DNA of 64,000 nt from contig OX597823.1 of assembly GCA_951406725.2 (NCBI GenBank), positions 76,012,001-76,076,000 on the forward strand, written 5' to 3'. Position numbers and translations under genes: made by a program. Numbering within the stretch: position 1 is the first letter of the stretch; each line of letters begins with the position of its first letter. The stretch is from Octopus vulgaris. Its lineage: Eukaryota. Shown here in pieces: positions 12,960 to 26,339 of the stretch. Below the pieces are notes generated by a model. That model saw only the letters and a list, made by a program, of their open reading frames with translations. It searched no databases and was not told the origin of the DNA.

Positions 12960-13366
12960 TATATGTGTGTGTGTTTGCGTGTGTGTATATATATAAACGG
13001 GTAGAGATATACATGTCTACATCCCCATCGGCCCTTGTAGATGTATGTACATATATATATATATATATATATGTACACATTCATATATACATATGCATCT
13101 GTGTATGTATATGTGCGTATGAGCATGAATGCCAAAAAATATTTCGTCTGAGTATTATCTTCCTTTCTACTTCCTTTTCTTTCCCAACAATTACATTAGC
13201 TTTGGCTCGTTACGTCATTTTCTCTAACAAGAATATTCACGTACATATTTGAATTTTTCGTATTTCAACTTTTCTCTGATTTTACTCATTCCCAAATTTG
13301 ACGGAAATTTAACGATACGTATAACCGAATCTCTACTGAAACTTTTAATTATTTTTATTTATCTAT

Positions 13367-13408
13367 GTATCCGAAGAGACCCAGAACGTGTCGAAACATC
13401 TGACGTAC
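13367..13408 (+). ncRNA. Degenerate hammerhead-ribozyme-like motif
   Basis: gtat|ccgaaga|gac ccagaacgt gtc|gaaac atct gac|gtac; two core substitutions (U4C, U16.1A). Confidence 0.45.
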
Positions 13409-13561
13409 TAAATGAAATATTTTCTTCTTTTTGTTCCGACAATTTTATTAATACTGTTACCTTAACAACTACTATGAAGTTCCTGCAATCTACAAATAAT
13501 AACAGTTAATCGAAACTGCTTTACTCATCATCCATATATAACATTCTGTATAAATTCTCCA

Positions 13562-13616
<55 letters not shown>

Positions 13617-13656
13617 CAAGTCAAAATAGAAAATGCTAAAATAATTTTATAGAGAA

Positions 13657-13704
13657 CATTTCAGTACCTGTTTCGGTCATTTTGAGACCTTTTCAACTGT
13701 AACG
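13657..13704 (-). ncRNA. Minimal type I hammerhead ribozyme motif (U3:A8 core)
   Basis: Minus strand: cgttacag|ttgaaaa|ggtc tcaaaat gacc|gaaac ag gta|ctgaaatg; stem I 7/8 paired, stem II 4 bp, GUA triplet. Confidence 0.7.
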
Positions 13705-13901
13705 ATTAAATAATTAAATTTAGAAAAATTAAAGAAAAGTTTTTTTAAAGGAATATTTGTATAGTGTTCAAATATAAGTGGCATTCTGCCTTTCTCTGTC
13801 TCCCTTGTTTGCACTTGTGTGTTCGAGGCCGTTGTGAATGGCCTCGAATATATATATATATATTACTCTTTTTCCACCTTGTTTCCATTTATGTGTTTAC
13901 C

Positions 13902-13975
<74 letters not shown>

Positions 13976-13980
<5 letters not shown>

Positions 13981-14217
13981 CGTGACCACCGTGACCGACC
14001 AGGCTATCAAATGTTGCTACACATCGCTGGCCACAATAATGCGCTTCGCTTTGTTTTAGTCTTGAAATGACGCCACCACGCTGGAAAAGAGTACAGCAGG
14101 GATCGCCACCACCCCCTGCTGGAGTCTCGTGGCGCTTTAGGTGTTTTCGCTCAATAAACAATCCCAATGCCTTGTCTGGGAAGTCCGCTGCCCTAACTAC
14201 TAGGCCAGTGCGCCTCT
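13976..14217 (-). mobile_element. tRNA-derived SINE, family C (internally deleted head)
   Basis: Minus strand gaggcgcactggcctagtagttagggcagcggac...gagcgaaaacacctaaagc, shared with 25101-25410; the 3' end abuts (TA)n. Confidence 0.7.
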
Positions 14218-15967
14218 ACACATACGCACACACACATATATATATATGTATATATATCGAGAGAGAGAGAGGAGGGAAGGAGGGAGAGAGACAGGGAGAG
14301 AGAAATCAATAAATTAAAAAATCTCGAACAAAGGAGATTAGAGAGTAGCTGTAAAATCTGGTTTAGTAAATCGGGTAGTAAAAACACCCCTAAGCACAGA
14401 AAAAAGTGGTCAGCAGCCACTAAAGTTAATTTCACAGCTATTCTCCTGTGCTCGAGTTTTTCTTAATATCTACATGCATGACATTCACTCGACGATTTCA
14501 ACGTTTCTTTATAAAAATGCTTACACATTTCAAAAAGCTGCTATTTAACGTTACAAAATACGATGTATGTTCTCAGGGGTCGCTTGGTAGAGCGTTCATC
14601 CGGAAATTGAGAGATAACTGCCTTGGTTTCGCTATAGTAGCCAGTGGCCAATGGACACACACATGTCCATTTCACATATCTTTCAATTTCTGCTCTCTGC
14701 AAATAAATTTTTTATGGATACAACTCCTTACAAAAATAGGAATTAATGTATAATTTCTTTCTATGTTAATAATCAAATAAATGTTTTAATGATTAGACAG
14801 AGGTCCAATACAATAGTTCTCAGCAACAGACTACGTACAATTTCTGTTGTCACAACTGCTGAAGCAGTTTTCTGACAGAAAGTGGAGAAGAAATTTTTCA
14901 TACAGCTAGAGGCTTCAATCGAAACAGGGGACCCGAAATGATAAAGTTGAGAAAGGCTGTTGTAGATAATGCCTAACGGAAAACGATCACACCCACATCA
15001 TCCAAACAGACCGGTGGAAACCGGGCTTTACTGCTAGTTATATATAAACTGAAGAATCTGTAATCTCGATAATTTTGTCCATCTAGAGTTAGAGTACTTG
15101 TTTCTGCTTCAAGTAATTTTCGTGCATTTTGGAAACTAATTTATCCTTTAGTGTGACTCAAATGTCATCAAAATAGTTCATGAGAAAACTTGTCAAATAA
15201 TTTTTGATACATGTACTATTGACTCTTGCAGAAATAGATAATACAGCAATGACAATAATCTCAGATAATGTTTTGCGACTTGAGTATTTTTATATATATT
15301 TATATATCATCTCGAATTCCTATTTTATTGTCCTCTCTGTTAAATCGTATTAGGATTTGCTATATATTATATCAATTATCTCTTTACTAATACATATATG
15401 CTATTTAATATAATAAAATGGGTAATTGTGACAAACGCACAGGATTATGTATGAAGATACGTAAGCTACATGGGTAATGTAAAACATTTTTTATATGGAT
15501 AATAAATGCACTAGAATATAACAAAGGATATGCAGAGCTTTTTTCTTTCCTTCCAATCAAAGTAAAATTTCAACAATAATGGAACTGTGAAATCGATATT
15601 TCCCTTTGTCTATTCAAAAATCGATCCTGGTTTTCATATTCCATGTATCGGAAGCTCCTTTAACATTTTTACAAGTGCTCAAATTTCATATCTGAAATAT
15701 TTATTCTATTTATATAATTTATGGATGCATTAAGAGGTAATGTTTTAGCTGACGCCTTATTTGTATAGTTGTGTGCTCTTGACTCTCAAATTTATCTCAC
15801 TATCGTATTCAGATGTTTGTGCTTTTGTCATGAGAGCTTCTATAAACCAATGTATATAAACGTGGTGATTATGCATGTATGTATGTATGTGCTTATGTAT
15901 GTATGTCTGTATTTGCGTTCCCCGCGGTTTGCTAATATATACTCGGATATATGTTTACATGGTGACA

Positions 15968-16821
15968 TACGAAGAGGTACCCAAATGTAACCGGAAATAT
16001 TCTCTGTAGAGCAAGCCTGTTCTAGTTTAAGCTTCTGACGATAGAAGCCACGTCCTCGGGGTCAGCCATACTGCCACATGATGCGTTATTGCTTTGCAGG
16101 GCTTCTTCTATGTTCGTCGATTTTGCGATGTCTGAAACGAAGGAACAGCATGCGTCCATCAGTTTCTGTTTTCTAGGGATCGGAGGACGGCAGCTGAAAG
16201 AGTTGTCATTCTTCAAAATTTACAAGGCTACTGCCATGAGCAAAACATGTTTACGGGTGGTTTCCAGGCATTAGAAATGGTCACTTGTTGCTTGAAGACC
16301 GACTTCGTTCAGGGTGACGGTCGCTCTCACGAACGAATAAAACATAAACATTCGTGAACTTATTTAGGGAGAACCGTCACCAAACAAGTAACGTACCTGA
16401 TATTACTAGTGTGTCAGGAGCTCCTGCTAACAGATTTAGAACGAAGAATTGCAAATAAAAAGAGGTGAAGCAAAATTTGCAACTCGCTTGCCCACGGAAG
16501 ATCAAAAGCAGTCACGACTGGATGCTTGCTGTGAACTGAAAGAATAGTTGGAAGTTAATTCGGACCTTTTTCGAAGGTCATCAGCTGGTTCTACGGAACA
16601 TGCAGATGTGGAAGAAATGAAGAAACAAAAAACGATGAAGGCGGAAAAAGGCTTCACTTCGCCAGAGTTCCAGGGCTGCTTCGATCAGCGGAAAAGGCAT
16701 CTGGACCGGTATAATGCTTCAAATAGAGAATACTTTGAAATCGATAAATGTATACACATGTATAACTAAATGAATAAAATAATATTGCAAAATTCTGGTT
16801 TCTTTTGGATAATCCCTCGTA
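15968..16821 (+). mobile_element. Internally deleted mariner element with degenerate TIRs and TA flanks
   Basis: Left end tacgaagaggtacccaaatgtaaccgga; right end (reverse complement) tacgagggattatccaaaagaaaaccaga. Peptide relics KEQHASISFCFLG, EDRLRSG, AKFATRLPTEDQKQSRLDAC and FQGCFDQRKRHLDRYNASNREYFE. Confidence 0.8.
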
Positions 16822-18883
16822 TCACTAATTTAAAGATAACACTTCAGTGTCAATTGTATGTAAGCCAATTGCTGAAAATTAGAAGTGACGCATAAAGCGC
16901 GCTGCCAACAGTTAAGTTGTTATGGAGTCGGATACATTCCTTTGCGTTTAAAGGTCTGATTCTCTGATTTTTCAGATCAAATCAAACCGAAGACAATATT
17001 ACCATTCATATTATCAAGGTCGATAAGAAAGTTTTAGTCCTGTATTAAGATCCATATTTTTAATCTCCCTCTCTCTTTTTGTCAGGTTTTCTTTCGGTGT
17101 AATTTTCTGTAAGTAAATGGAGATGAATCAGATTCCTAGCACGAGAGATGATACACGTCAAGACTTCTACCTGGTCATTCCAATAAGATGTTGAGGCGGA
17201 AAAGCAAAAGAAGTTTATTACAAATTAAATACCCTTCAATGCGTTGAAGGGTATTATTTACATTATATTATTTACCCGAAACCAGGAGAGTAGACAAGGA
17301 ATACAATATATATATATATATATATGTGTGTGTGTATGTGTGTGTGGTGTGATGTGTGTGTGTATGTATGTATGTATGTATGTATATATATGTATATCTG
17401 TATTTATGTATGTATGTGTATATATATATATATATATATACTTTCATTCATATACACGCTTATTTATGTCTATATGTGCGTACATACGTATATAATGTGA
17501 CATGAATGTATATATAAGTTCATATATTCATACATGTGTGTTTTAATGTGTGTGTGAGAGAGTGTGTGCGTAAGTGTGCATGTTTTTACGTATGCAAATT
17601 TGTATATATGCCTGTGTGTAAATTTTGTATTTATGTATTCCAAAGTGCTTAATTATTTTATTTGAAGTCTCTCAACATACTTTCCTAAATAGCTTTTAGT
17701 GAATACAGATAAAATATCAAGAAACACTACCAATATTACATTATAGCCAAAATCCGCTCTTTAGAATCATAGCTAGCTATTATATTTTAAGAGAATAATT
17801 TTTACTAGCACAATATTTCCACAGGCAATTTTGTTTCAATTTCTTCGAAAATATCTTGGCGCAAATATTAAGATACATGGTTATTTATTGATATTGTTAC
17901 TTTTTTCCTCTTTATTCCTCATTCGTTTCTGTTTTATCTTTTGTATTTTACTTATATTCCTTTTCATATTGCTTTTATTCGTATTGTTTTTATTATCACT
18001 TACACTTTTCTTGACGTTATTATATCATTTTTTTGTTCAAATTCTGGCTCCATAAATTTTATACGACCACCATTTTGCTCTTTTTTATACGTATAAATAT
18101 ATATATATACATTGTAAGAAAATTTCTAAACAAAAAGCAAACAAATAACATGATTCTGATTTACAAGCATTATAACGTATTTTTTCCACATCACTATCCA
18201 TTATTTTGGGGAATGTTATTTAGATTCTTCTCAAAATTTCATTTTCGTCAAATATCTTTTCCAGTTTAAAAGTGTTTCTTTTTAAAGAAAATTAAGTTTA
18301 TCTTAGGATATTGTACAACGACAAGTTTTAGATACCTTTCAAACTCTAATCTTTTGAGAATTCTATTTCATATATATATTTTTTTTTTTACTTTACATCT
18401 TAATTTTTCTATTTATTTTCGTTTTATTTGTTTATGCATGTATATGACTTTCATTTAAGCGAGTATGAAGACAACTATCATGTATGTATTTATGTCTGTC
18501 TGTGTATTCTCACAACCATTCGCAGACGTACATTAGACATATATATATATATGTATAAGTGTATATACATATATACACACATTCTGTCTCTGTGTCTTTG
18601 TTTGTACATGTGAATGTGTGTGCGTACTTAAAAAAAAACAGACCATACCTCAGTCAACTTATAGAACATATGCTTGATAATATAGATTTGAAACATTTTG
18701 TTCACAAAATATCACTATTAAATACGTAGAGATAAATTAATAGTACATCTTTTTGTATAACACACACACATATATACACGCAGACATATATACACACACA
18801 CTCACACTCACATTTAAATGTATAAATACGCATACGTATAAGTATGTATGTGTATTTATGTGTATGAATATTTATGCTTATGG

Positions 18884-18931
<48 letters not shown>

Positions 18932-19749
18932 TGAATACCACTTTTAGATTATCTCAGCTTATTTTCTGGTGATATAGTAACTTACATTTGCTGGTATCTC
19001 TGTTATAAATTTAAGACGAAAAAAAAATAAAGAAATTAGGTGAGAATTATAAAGTTTGTTTATCGTTAAGATAGCTTTTTTTTCTTCTTTGAATATATTT
19101 TCTATTATATTTTTCGTTTTATTTTGTTTTCTTCTTAATTTTAAGAAACACATTTTCTTTCTTGCATCAAAACGTTTAAACAAAAAAGAAGAAACGAAGA
19201 AAATCTAAAATAACTGATTTCAGAGTATGGATATATTTAATTTCCTTCCATAGCTCTTTATGCTTCGTAGTATTTTCTACATACATGATACTGACAGGAT
19301 AAAGTCTCTGTTGATAGTTAACTGCATGTAAGCTATTACTCATTATGTGGCCATTTATTTAGAAACATCATTCTATTCATGTTTGGATGAAGAAAAATAT
19401 GAATACATCTAATTGCAACCTCTTCACAACTCTTCTTACATTTAAAGCAAAGCGGATCCTGCTGTTTTTATATTCTGTACAAAATTTCGATTAAGAAACT
19501 TTTGAAAGCATTATCATGTACATTATTTCTCAGAATTACTTAAATCTGCACGGCAAAAATTCAATGAATTGTGGATGTATTGAAATCATATTATTGATTG
19601 GATGATCATTATATACATATGTGTATACATGTGTGTATATATGTAGGTATGTAGGTAAGTATGTATGTATCCACGTACACCGCTATATGAAAAAATATAT
19701 ACGTATATGCTTGTAAATATATGCGCATATGAGTATGCTTATATATATA

Positions 19750-19980
19750 TATATAAAACTGAAAATGTGTGTCTTTCTGTCTGTGTGAATCCCTAAAACA
19801 CGAGAACTACAAAACCAATTTCATTCAAATTTTATACATGCCTTACTTAGGGTCCAGGGGGTGTCATGGGCCAAAAACTTTTTTAACGTTTTGCCTAGGG
19901 CGAGCCCACAGCAATATCATATCTTCTCCACTATTCCAGTATTACGTGTTAAAAGTGAAACAAAAACATCTCTCTATTGT
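19750..19980 (+). mobile_element. Helitron-like non-autonomous 5' segment, copy 1
   Basis: The tatatataaaactgaaaatgtgtgtctttctgtctgt...ccaatttcattcaaatttt layout is typical of non-autonomous Helitron 5' ends. About 210 bp is repeated at 20523-20731. Confidence 0.5.
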
Positions 19981-20165
19981 CAGATACTTTCATTTTAATA
20001 CTGAAACTATTAAAGTCAAACTATTATATAAGAGGGATGAACCATCAACAGTGGACATTTTGCTAGAAGATCCGCAATGGTCTTATATGCTACACCACTG
20101 GTTTTCAATTCGTATTAATCAAATCAATATTCAATTTCTCACCCTTATTATTTTAAATTTAAATA

Positions 20166-20486
20166 CAGGACCATGTGTTTTGGAACGAAGTTTGTTACCA
20201 TACCGCCACACCTGCACCTATGTATGAGTGTGTGTGTTTGTGTATGTGTGTATAGCTGTATATGTATACATTTATTTCTATACATATATATGTATATGTA
20301 TACATGTATATGTGTAGATGTAGGTATATATAGATGTACATGTAATATGTACAAATATATTCACATATATAGATGCATACATATATACACCCATACACAC
20401 ATACCCATGCACACACACACACACACATACATAAGTGCAAGTGTGGCTGTGTAGTAACAAACGTCATTCCAAAACACATGGTCCTG
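20166..20486. repeat. Imperfect inverted repeat made of two divergent family A SINE heads plus flanking microsatellite
   Basis: caggaccatgtgttttggaacgaagtttgttaccataccgccacacctgcacctatgtatg versus the reverse complement of the right arm, caggaccatgtgttttggaatgacgtttgttactacacagccacacttgcacttatgtatg. Confidence 0.85.
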
Positions 20487-20522
20487 GGTTCAGTCCCACT
20501 GTGTGGTGACTTGGCATGAAAC

Positions 20523-20731
20523 GTGTGTCTGTTTGTGTGAAACCCTAAAACATGAGAACTACACAACCAATTTAATTCAAATTTTGCACATGCCTTACTT
20601 AGGGTCCATGTAGTGTCATGGGCAAAAACATGTTTAACTTCTTGCCTAGGGCGAGCCCACAGCAATATCACATCTTCTCCACTATTTCAGTATTACATAT
20701 TAAAGGTGAAATAAAAACATCTCTCTATTGT
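20523..20731 (+). mobile_element. Helitron-like segment, copy 2 (direct repeat of 19766-19980)
   Basis: Shares ccctaaaaca.gagaactaca...ttgcctagggcgagcccacagcaatatca...aaaaacatctctctattgt with copy 1. Confidence 0.6.
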
Positions 20732-20954
20732 AAGTATATGGATGTATCTAGGCGCCAAGGCTGCGACAGCACGCTCCGGACGACATTGGGGCGACTGTCC
20801 ACAGCTACAGGTCCACAGTCGACGCTATGGCATTGGTGTCACTAGTACAAATGGCTTGGCTTGGCTTGGCTTGAAATAGGATAACATAAAAAACGAAATT
20901 GTTTTGCCAAGAACGAAAGCATCAAATGTAAAAACAAGACAGTCAACATAAAAA

Positions 20955-21450
20955 CATGTGTGTGTGTATGTATGTATATGTATTGGATGGGTGTATGCGT
21001 ATTGGTGTATGTATGTATGTGTATATATGTATGCATGTGTATATATATATGTATATGTGTATTTACATATGTATGTATGCATGTGTATGCATGCATGCGT
21101 ATTATGTATGTGCATGTATGTGTACGTCTGTATATATGTATGTGTATGTATGTATGTGTATGTGTATATGTATGTATGTGTATATATATGTATGTATGTA
21201 CGCATGTGTATGTATGTGTATGTATGCATTTGTTTGTATGTATGTGTTTGTATGTATGTGTACGTATGTATGCATGTGTATGCAGGTGTGTGTGCGTAAG
21301 TGCATGTCTGTATATATGTATGTGTATGTGCATGTATGTATGTGCCGGTATGTATATGTATGTGTATGTATGTATGTGTATGTTTGTATATGTATATGTG
21401 TGTATTTATGTGAGCGTATGTATGTGTGCGTATGTATGTGTGCGTATGTA
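20955..21450. repeat. Long degenerate (TG/TATG)n microsatellite
   Basis: Directly visible. Confidence 0.95.
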
Positions 21451-22720
21451 TAGAAATTATCCACAGCCCCTAATAGACAGTGCAATCCAACAAGCACTTA
21501 CATTATGTATAGAAGACCTGAGACAAACAAATCCAACACACAACCCACTTAACAATGAGGCCTTCAACACCATACTACAAAGCACAGCCCTACTAAAGGG
21601 GGACCCAAAGGTGAACCGGATCCTGGAAACACACACCATCTTTAAATGTAAAGGCAACCAAAATCCTTAAAAAAGATTTTAGCCCAAGCTAAACTGCACT
21701 TAACAACAACCACAAAACCAGCAGTTAGAAGGTTCAGAATTCACATTAGAACAAGGCCATCAGTTTACTATCAGAACAAACTTCACCTGTTCATCGGAAA
21801 ACTTAATTTACGTCTTAACATGCGCAGGGTGCAATAGGCCATACAAAAAACAGCTTACGAAAAATGATGGCGGTGCATAAATCCCAAATTAGAAATCCTG
21901 AATACAGGAAAATACCAGTCAGCGGACACATAGATAGATGTGCTTCAAATAAAAAATCCCAAATTCACAACTTGCCCACTTTACAAATTCAGTGACAGCG
22001 TTACTTTCACTCAACGATAAAATAAAGAACTTTATTTCATTAGAAAATTCGGGCCAAGTTTGAACAGCCTGGGCCAGGAATATTAAAACACTACATTGGT
22101 CTTCCGAAAAGAAAAATGGAATTCTACCACTACCACCTCGATCACTACGACTGCTGCTACTATTACTACTACTACAACCACCATGGTCACTACTATTACT
22201 ACCACGATCAACAGTCCTCCACTACTGCTGTTGCTGCTACTGCCACAGCTAAGCTGCTACAACCAATGAGCTTCTACAACCCCAACCACCACCACGGTTA
22301 CTACTACTACGAATAACAGTCACTGCTGCTACTGCCATTTCAGCTACTGGTCATTCGGACACATAAGACAGCTAAAAACAACCACGTGGATTCTGTTGAG
22401 ACCAGTAAGAAACAATTATGAACTTTTTTTTATCACACTCAACTTTAAACTTACAGCTATTATGCTTACTACCGACAAAACACCACCTCGTGGATTCTGT
22501 TGAGACCAATAAGAAACAATTATGAACTTTTTTATTACACTAAACTTTTTAAAATATTTTTAATAGGGTTCATTTTTTCAAGAAGAACAGAAACATATAA
22601 AGTTTCTAAGAAAATTAAAATTTATCTTATATAGTGGCGTTTTCAAACTTTTTTTTATAAATATACACCCACTCGCTTACGATCTACACTTATTATGAAT
22701 ATGTATATATATATAACCCC
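21451..22720 (+). mobile_element. 5'-truncated Penelope-like element: RT-thumb/linker plus GIY-YIG endonuclease remnant and 3' repeat region
   Basis: RNYPQPLIDSAIQQA..., then QFTIRTNFTCSSENLIYVLTCAGCNRPY and ...MAVHKSQIRNPEYRKIPVSGHIDRC (frameshifted). A ~60-bp repeat occurs at 22385-22446 and 22489-22548. The element starts directly after a microsatellite. Confidence 0.85.
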
Positions 22721-25100
22721 ACCATTTATTGATCTATATATATATATATAGACATACTTATATACAAATAAATGTTAGTGTATGCGAATACATATTCACA
22801 GAAGTATGTATGTTCGTGTGCAAGCGTGTATTTAATCTTGTATAGATATAGAAATAGAGTCAGATGAACACGTTACAGATCGAGTCCTGCATTACCAGCA
22901 GACTTGCCTTTGACGGCGCTCCAAAATTGAATCCTAATTTGAGTCCTTAATTCATTCATTCTTCATTCTTTATTTTACTTTCAGCGAAGTCACATTTCCT
23001 TTTCAATGTATTTCCGTGGAGAATATAAATAATTTGTCGTAGTGTGTCCTTTTATACTTCATGAACCAGCAGGTTAAGTGCTGTAAAGCATATTATTCTA
23101 AGGTTTTCGTTATCTTAATTCTCTTCTCTCTTTTATTCAGTGCAATATTTATAATGTTTAATCTTAATTTGACGTTCTTTCGATTTTCTTACATACTCAA
23201 TGTCCTTATCTTGGACTTTATATTCACAACGCTGCCATTATTGATGCCCTTCGCTTTCTTTGAGAATTTTCTGAATTCGATAGTCTTCTGAGAATTTTGG
23301 ACCCAAACATGATACAAACTACACGTTTGATTGTTCGAATTTGGTAGTGCATGTCCAAACTATTCTCATTTTAGGTTTTCCGAGTACGTGGTTTTCCGAG
23401 TAAAAGTGTTGTTATATGCTGGTTCTGCAAAAGTTCCAGAGTCTCTGATCCCGAGATTGTTAAACTGCTGTTCTTAATGCATTCTAGTTAAACTGCTGCT
23501 CTTAGCATTTATCTAATATTCAATAAGCTATTATCTCACGGAAAATTCAGGTGATGGATATTAGGACATTCAAAAATAATCGTTTTTTTCGGCCTTTCGA
23601 TTAATAACTATTATCTAATTCATGTTTTTCCTATTATGTTCATATCTTGACTAGGCCTATTAAGTAGGCTATTAAGGTCTAAATTGAACGATTACTCTTT
23701 CAATTAACTAATCTTCAAGAAATGTTGCTATTCCATTTTCTTCAAAACTGCAAGTGAACGCGGGGAGGCGTTGTGACTCCAGCAGTCATTGAAGGAACGC
23801 TGTTAGGAATAAATTGATGCATGATAAATCAAATTTCTCATTTAAGTATTGCAGGCAAAATACAAAAAAAGAGTTATTTCTCAAGCGGCCAGTCAACGCG
23901 GTACACCCATGTTTCGACACCTATTTTTAGAACTCTGATTTGAACCATTAATAATTTCACATATTGTCTCTCGAGGTGCTGCAGTTACTCTGTTAGCATT
24001 ATCTATCATATATCTATATAATGTGTTAACTAGTGTTATCATCTGCACGTATTTTACCGCCTAAGGTGCCAGCTTTTCATTCTGCCATACTCTGCATTTT
24101 TTCTTTGTATACAATTTTCGTTTTGTTAACAGGATGATTTCCACTTCATTTGTAAACGGCTTTATCCTTGCCTCCCTGTTATTTTTTGTACTGCTTAAGC
24201 TTTTTCTAAATTATATTGTCCCTACCGTATTTTATATTATAACATAGTATAGACGGAAAATCACCAATGTTCAAACAAAGTGTTATGCGTAATCATGCCC
24301 GCTTGGAGACTTCATCAATTATCCTTCGGTTTATCACATCTCAACAATTTGACACATGTTGTCCTCTTTCCGACATACAACTCGCAATATGGAATATATC
24401 GATGCTGTTTATATTAACATGTTGAATTCAATTGGTACTGACTGTTGATTATGTATTAGAAAATACTATGATGGTGACTCGGTCAACAGTGAGGAAATCA
24501 CTAATGTTTCAAACGAAGCTTCGTGCTGTTTTCCCAATATCAGACTGTGTTCTCTATAAAGCCTTTCGAGTCAACTTTATAATAGTTGCTACAATAAAGC
24601 ACATAGATTCTGCAACAGAATGCTTTACCCTGTGGCAGAAAATGTGCTTATAACTAGGACTGCATTGTTACTGCAGATGCATGAAGAAAATGTCGAAAAA
24701 CCAGAGGAATTAAGCGGCATGAATCACGTCGAAAATGGCTTGAAAACTGTTGACTTCATCATTGTGGTCATCTTATGCTGTGTATTGTGCAGTTTCATTT
24801 ACTTTCCACACTGTATCGCATTCCAGTGAGAATCAGAGTTAATTGAATTATCAAGCGTTTCTCCGTTCACCGCTTGTGCATATGTTTGCTGTCATTTTTC
24901 TTGAAACAACTCTGCTATAAATGAAGCCTCTGTTAAAAGCCGTGCGATCTTATTCGATCGACGTATTCCGCAAGCAAAGTGATATCCATTTCTTTAATCT
25001 TAGTGTGTAATGAAACAAGCAGTATGACGACGACGGTATGCAACGTACGATCAAGCAAAAGGCCACTGAAATGATTAACGATAGCCAACTCCTTTGATAG

Positions 25101-25410
25101 TGGAGGCACATAGCCTAGTGTTTAGTGCAGCGAACTCGCGGTCGAGGAATCGCATGTTGGAATCTCAGACCGAGCGATGTGTGTGTTTACGAGCGAAGCA
25201 CCTAAACTCCACGCGGCTCCGGCAGAAGGTAATGGTGAACATCTGCTGCTTATTTCGGCACAAATTTCTCTCACTCTTTCCTCCTGCATCTTGCAGCTCA
25301 CCTGCGACGGACCGGCTCCCCGTCCAGGTGAGGAACCTATACGCCAAGGAAACCGAGAAACCGGCCCTAATGAGCCAGGCATGGCTCTAGAAGGAACAAA
25401 CTCCTTTGAT
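25101..25410 (+). mobile_element. tRNA-derived SINE, family C with a different 3' half
   Basis: ggaggcacatagcctagtgtttagtgcagcg head, gagcgaagcacctaaactccacg, then cctgcgacggaccggc.cccgtccagg...gaaaccgagaaaccggcc. Confidence 0.75.
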
Positions 25411-25500
25411 AGATGTAAAATTGCAGCATGGAAGGTGCTTATAAGCCATTTAAGAAACACACAAAATCCGTTAGGTTCACTTCAACATTTAAATTTAACG

Positions 25501-25547
25501 TGTCAAAATATGTTCGTCGCTTTCAGACCGCGACTCGTTCGCTGACA
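25501..25547 (-). ncRNA. Degenerate hammerhead-like motif
   Basis: Minus strand: tgtca|gcgaacga|gtcgc ggtctgaaa gcgac|gaac atat tt|tgaca; stems I and II perfect (5 bp each), core mutated. Confidence 0.4.
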
Positions 25548-25949
25548 AAATTCCGTGCACCACAAGCGATGAGGTGGAGGAAAATTGACAAGAGATTGAA
25601 AAGCCTCAGTGTTATAATGTGTAAGAGACTCAGCGCCTCATTGTAAATGGACTAGTGTTGATTGTATATTGACTATTTTATTGTATGTTATTGTATGTTA
25701 CTATTTGTAACGGACTATTAAGTCCAACAATTGTTAAAACTCTAGTGAGAGGTTCATTACCTCGTTTTGTTTTTTCCCTGTTGTACGAAAATCAAAGAAA
25801 AAGAATGTTTTAGAGAAGCAAAAACTCGGCGGGCGTTTTTTGTTTTCTCCCATCAATATCATACTTTTTTCATTATTCACCTCATCAATGTATGTGTCCA
25901 GGCCGCAAGCTACTCTTTGTAATGCCTTTATGGAAAATCTTAATGAAAT

Positions 25950-26306
25950 AAATTAGCTTCCTTACCAACCACATGGTTCCTGGTTCCGTCCCACTGCATG
26001 GCACCTTGGGCAAACCTTGTGAGTGGACTTGGTAGAAGGAAACTGAACGAAGCCTGTCGTATATATGTATATATATGTGTGTGTATGTGCGTGTGTGTGT
26101 TTGTGTCTCTGTGTTAGTCCCCAACATCACTTGACAACCGATGGTGGTGTGTTTGTGTCCCCGTAACTGAGAGGTTCGGCAAAAGAGGCCGATAGAATAA
26201 GTACTAGGCTCTAGGCTTACAAAGAATATGTCCTAGGGTCCATTTACTCGACTAAAGGCTGTGCTTCTGCATGGCTGCAGTCTAATGACTGAAACAAGTA
26301 AAAGAG

Positions 26307-26307
<1 letters not shown>
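25950..26307 (+). mobile_element. SINE family A
   Basis: accaaccacatggttcc...ccttgggcaa...internal microsatellite...gactgaaacaagtaaaagag. Confidence 0.88.

Positions 26308-26339
<32 letters not shown>

Noticed and set aside
9698-13252. Many ORFs rich in YI/CV/HT repeats here and across the window
   Set aside because: These are translations of (TA)n, (TG)n and (GATA)n microsatellites, which lack stops in some frames.
14811-14958. Possible hAT-like TIR pair
   Set aside because: The left end match is too weak and no TSD is evident.
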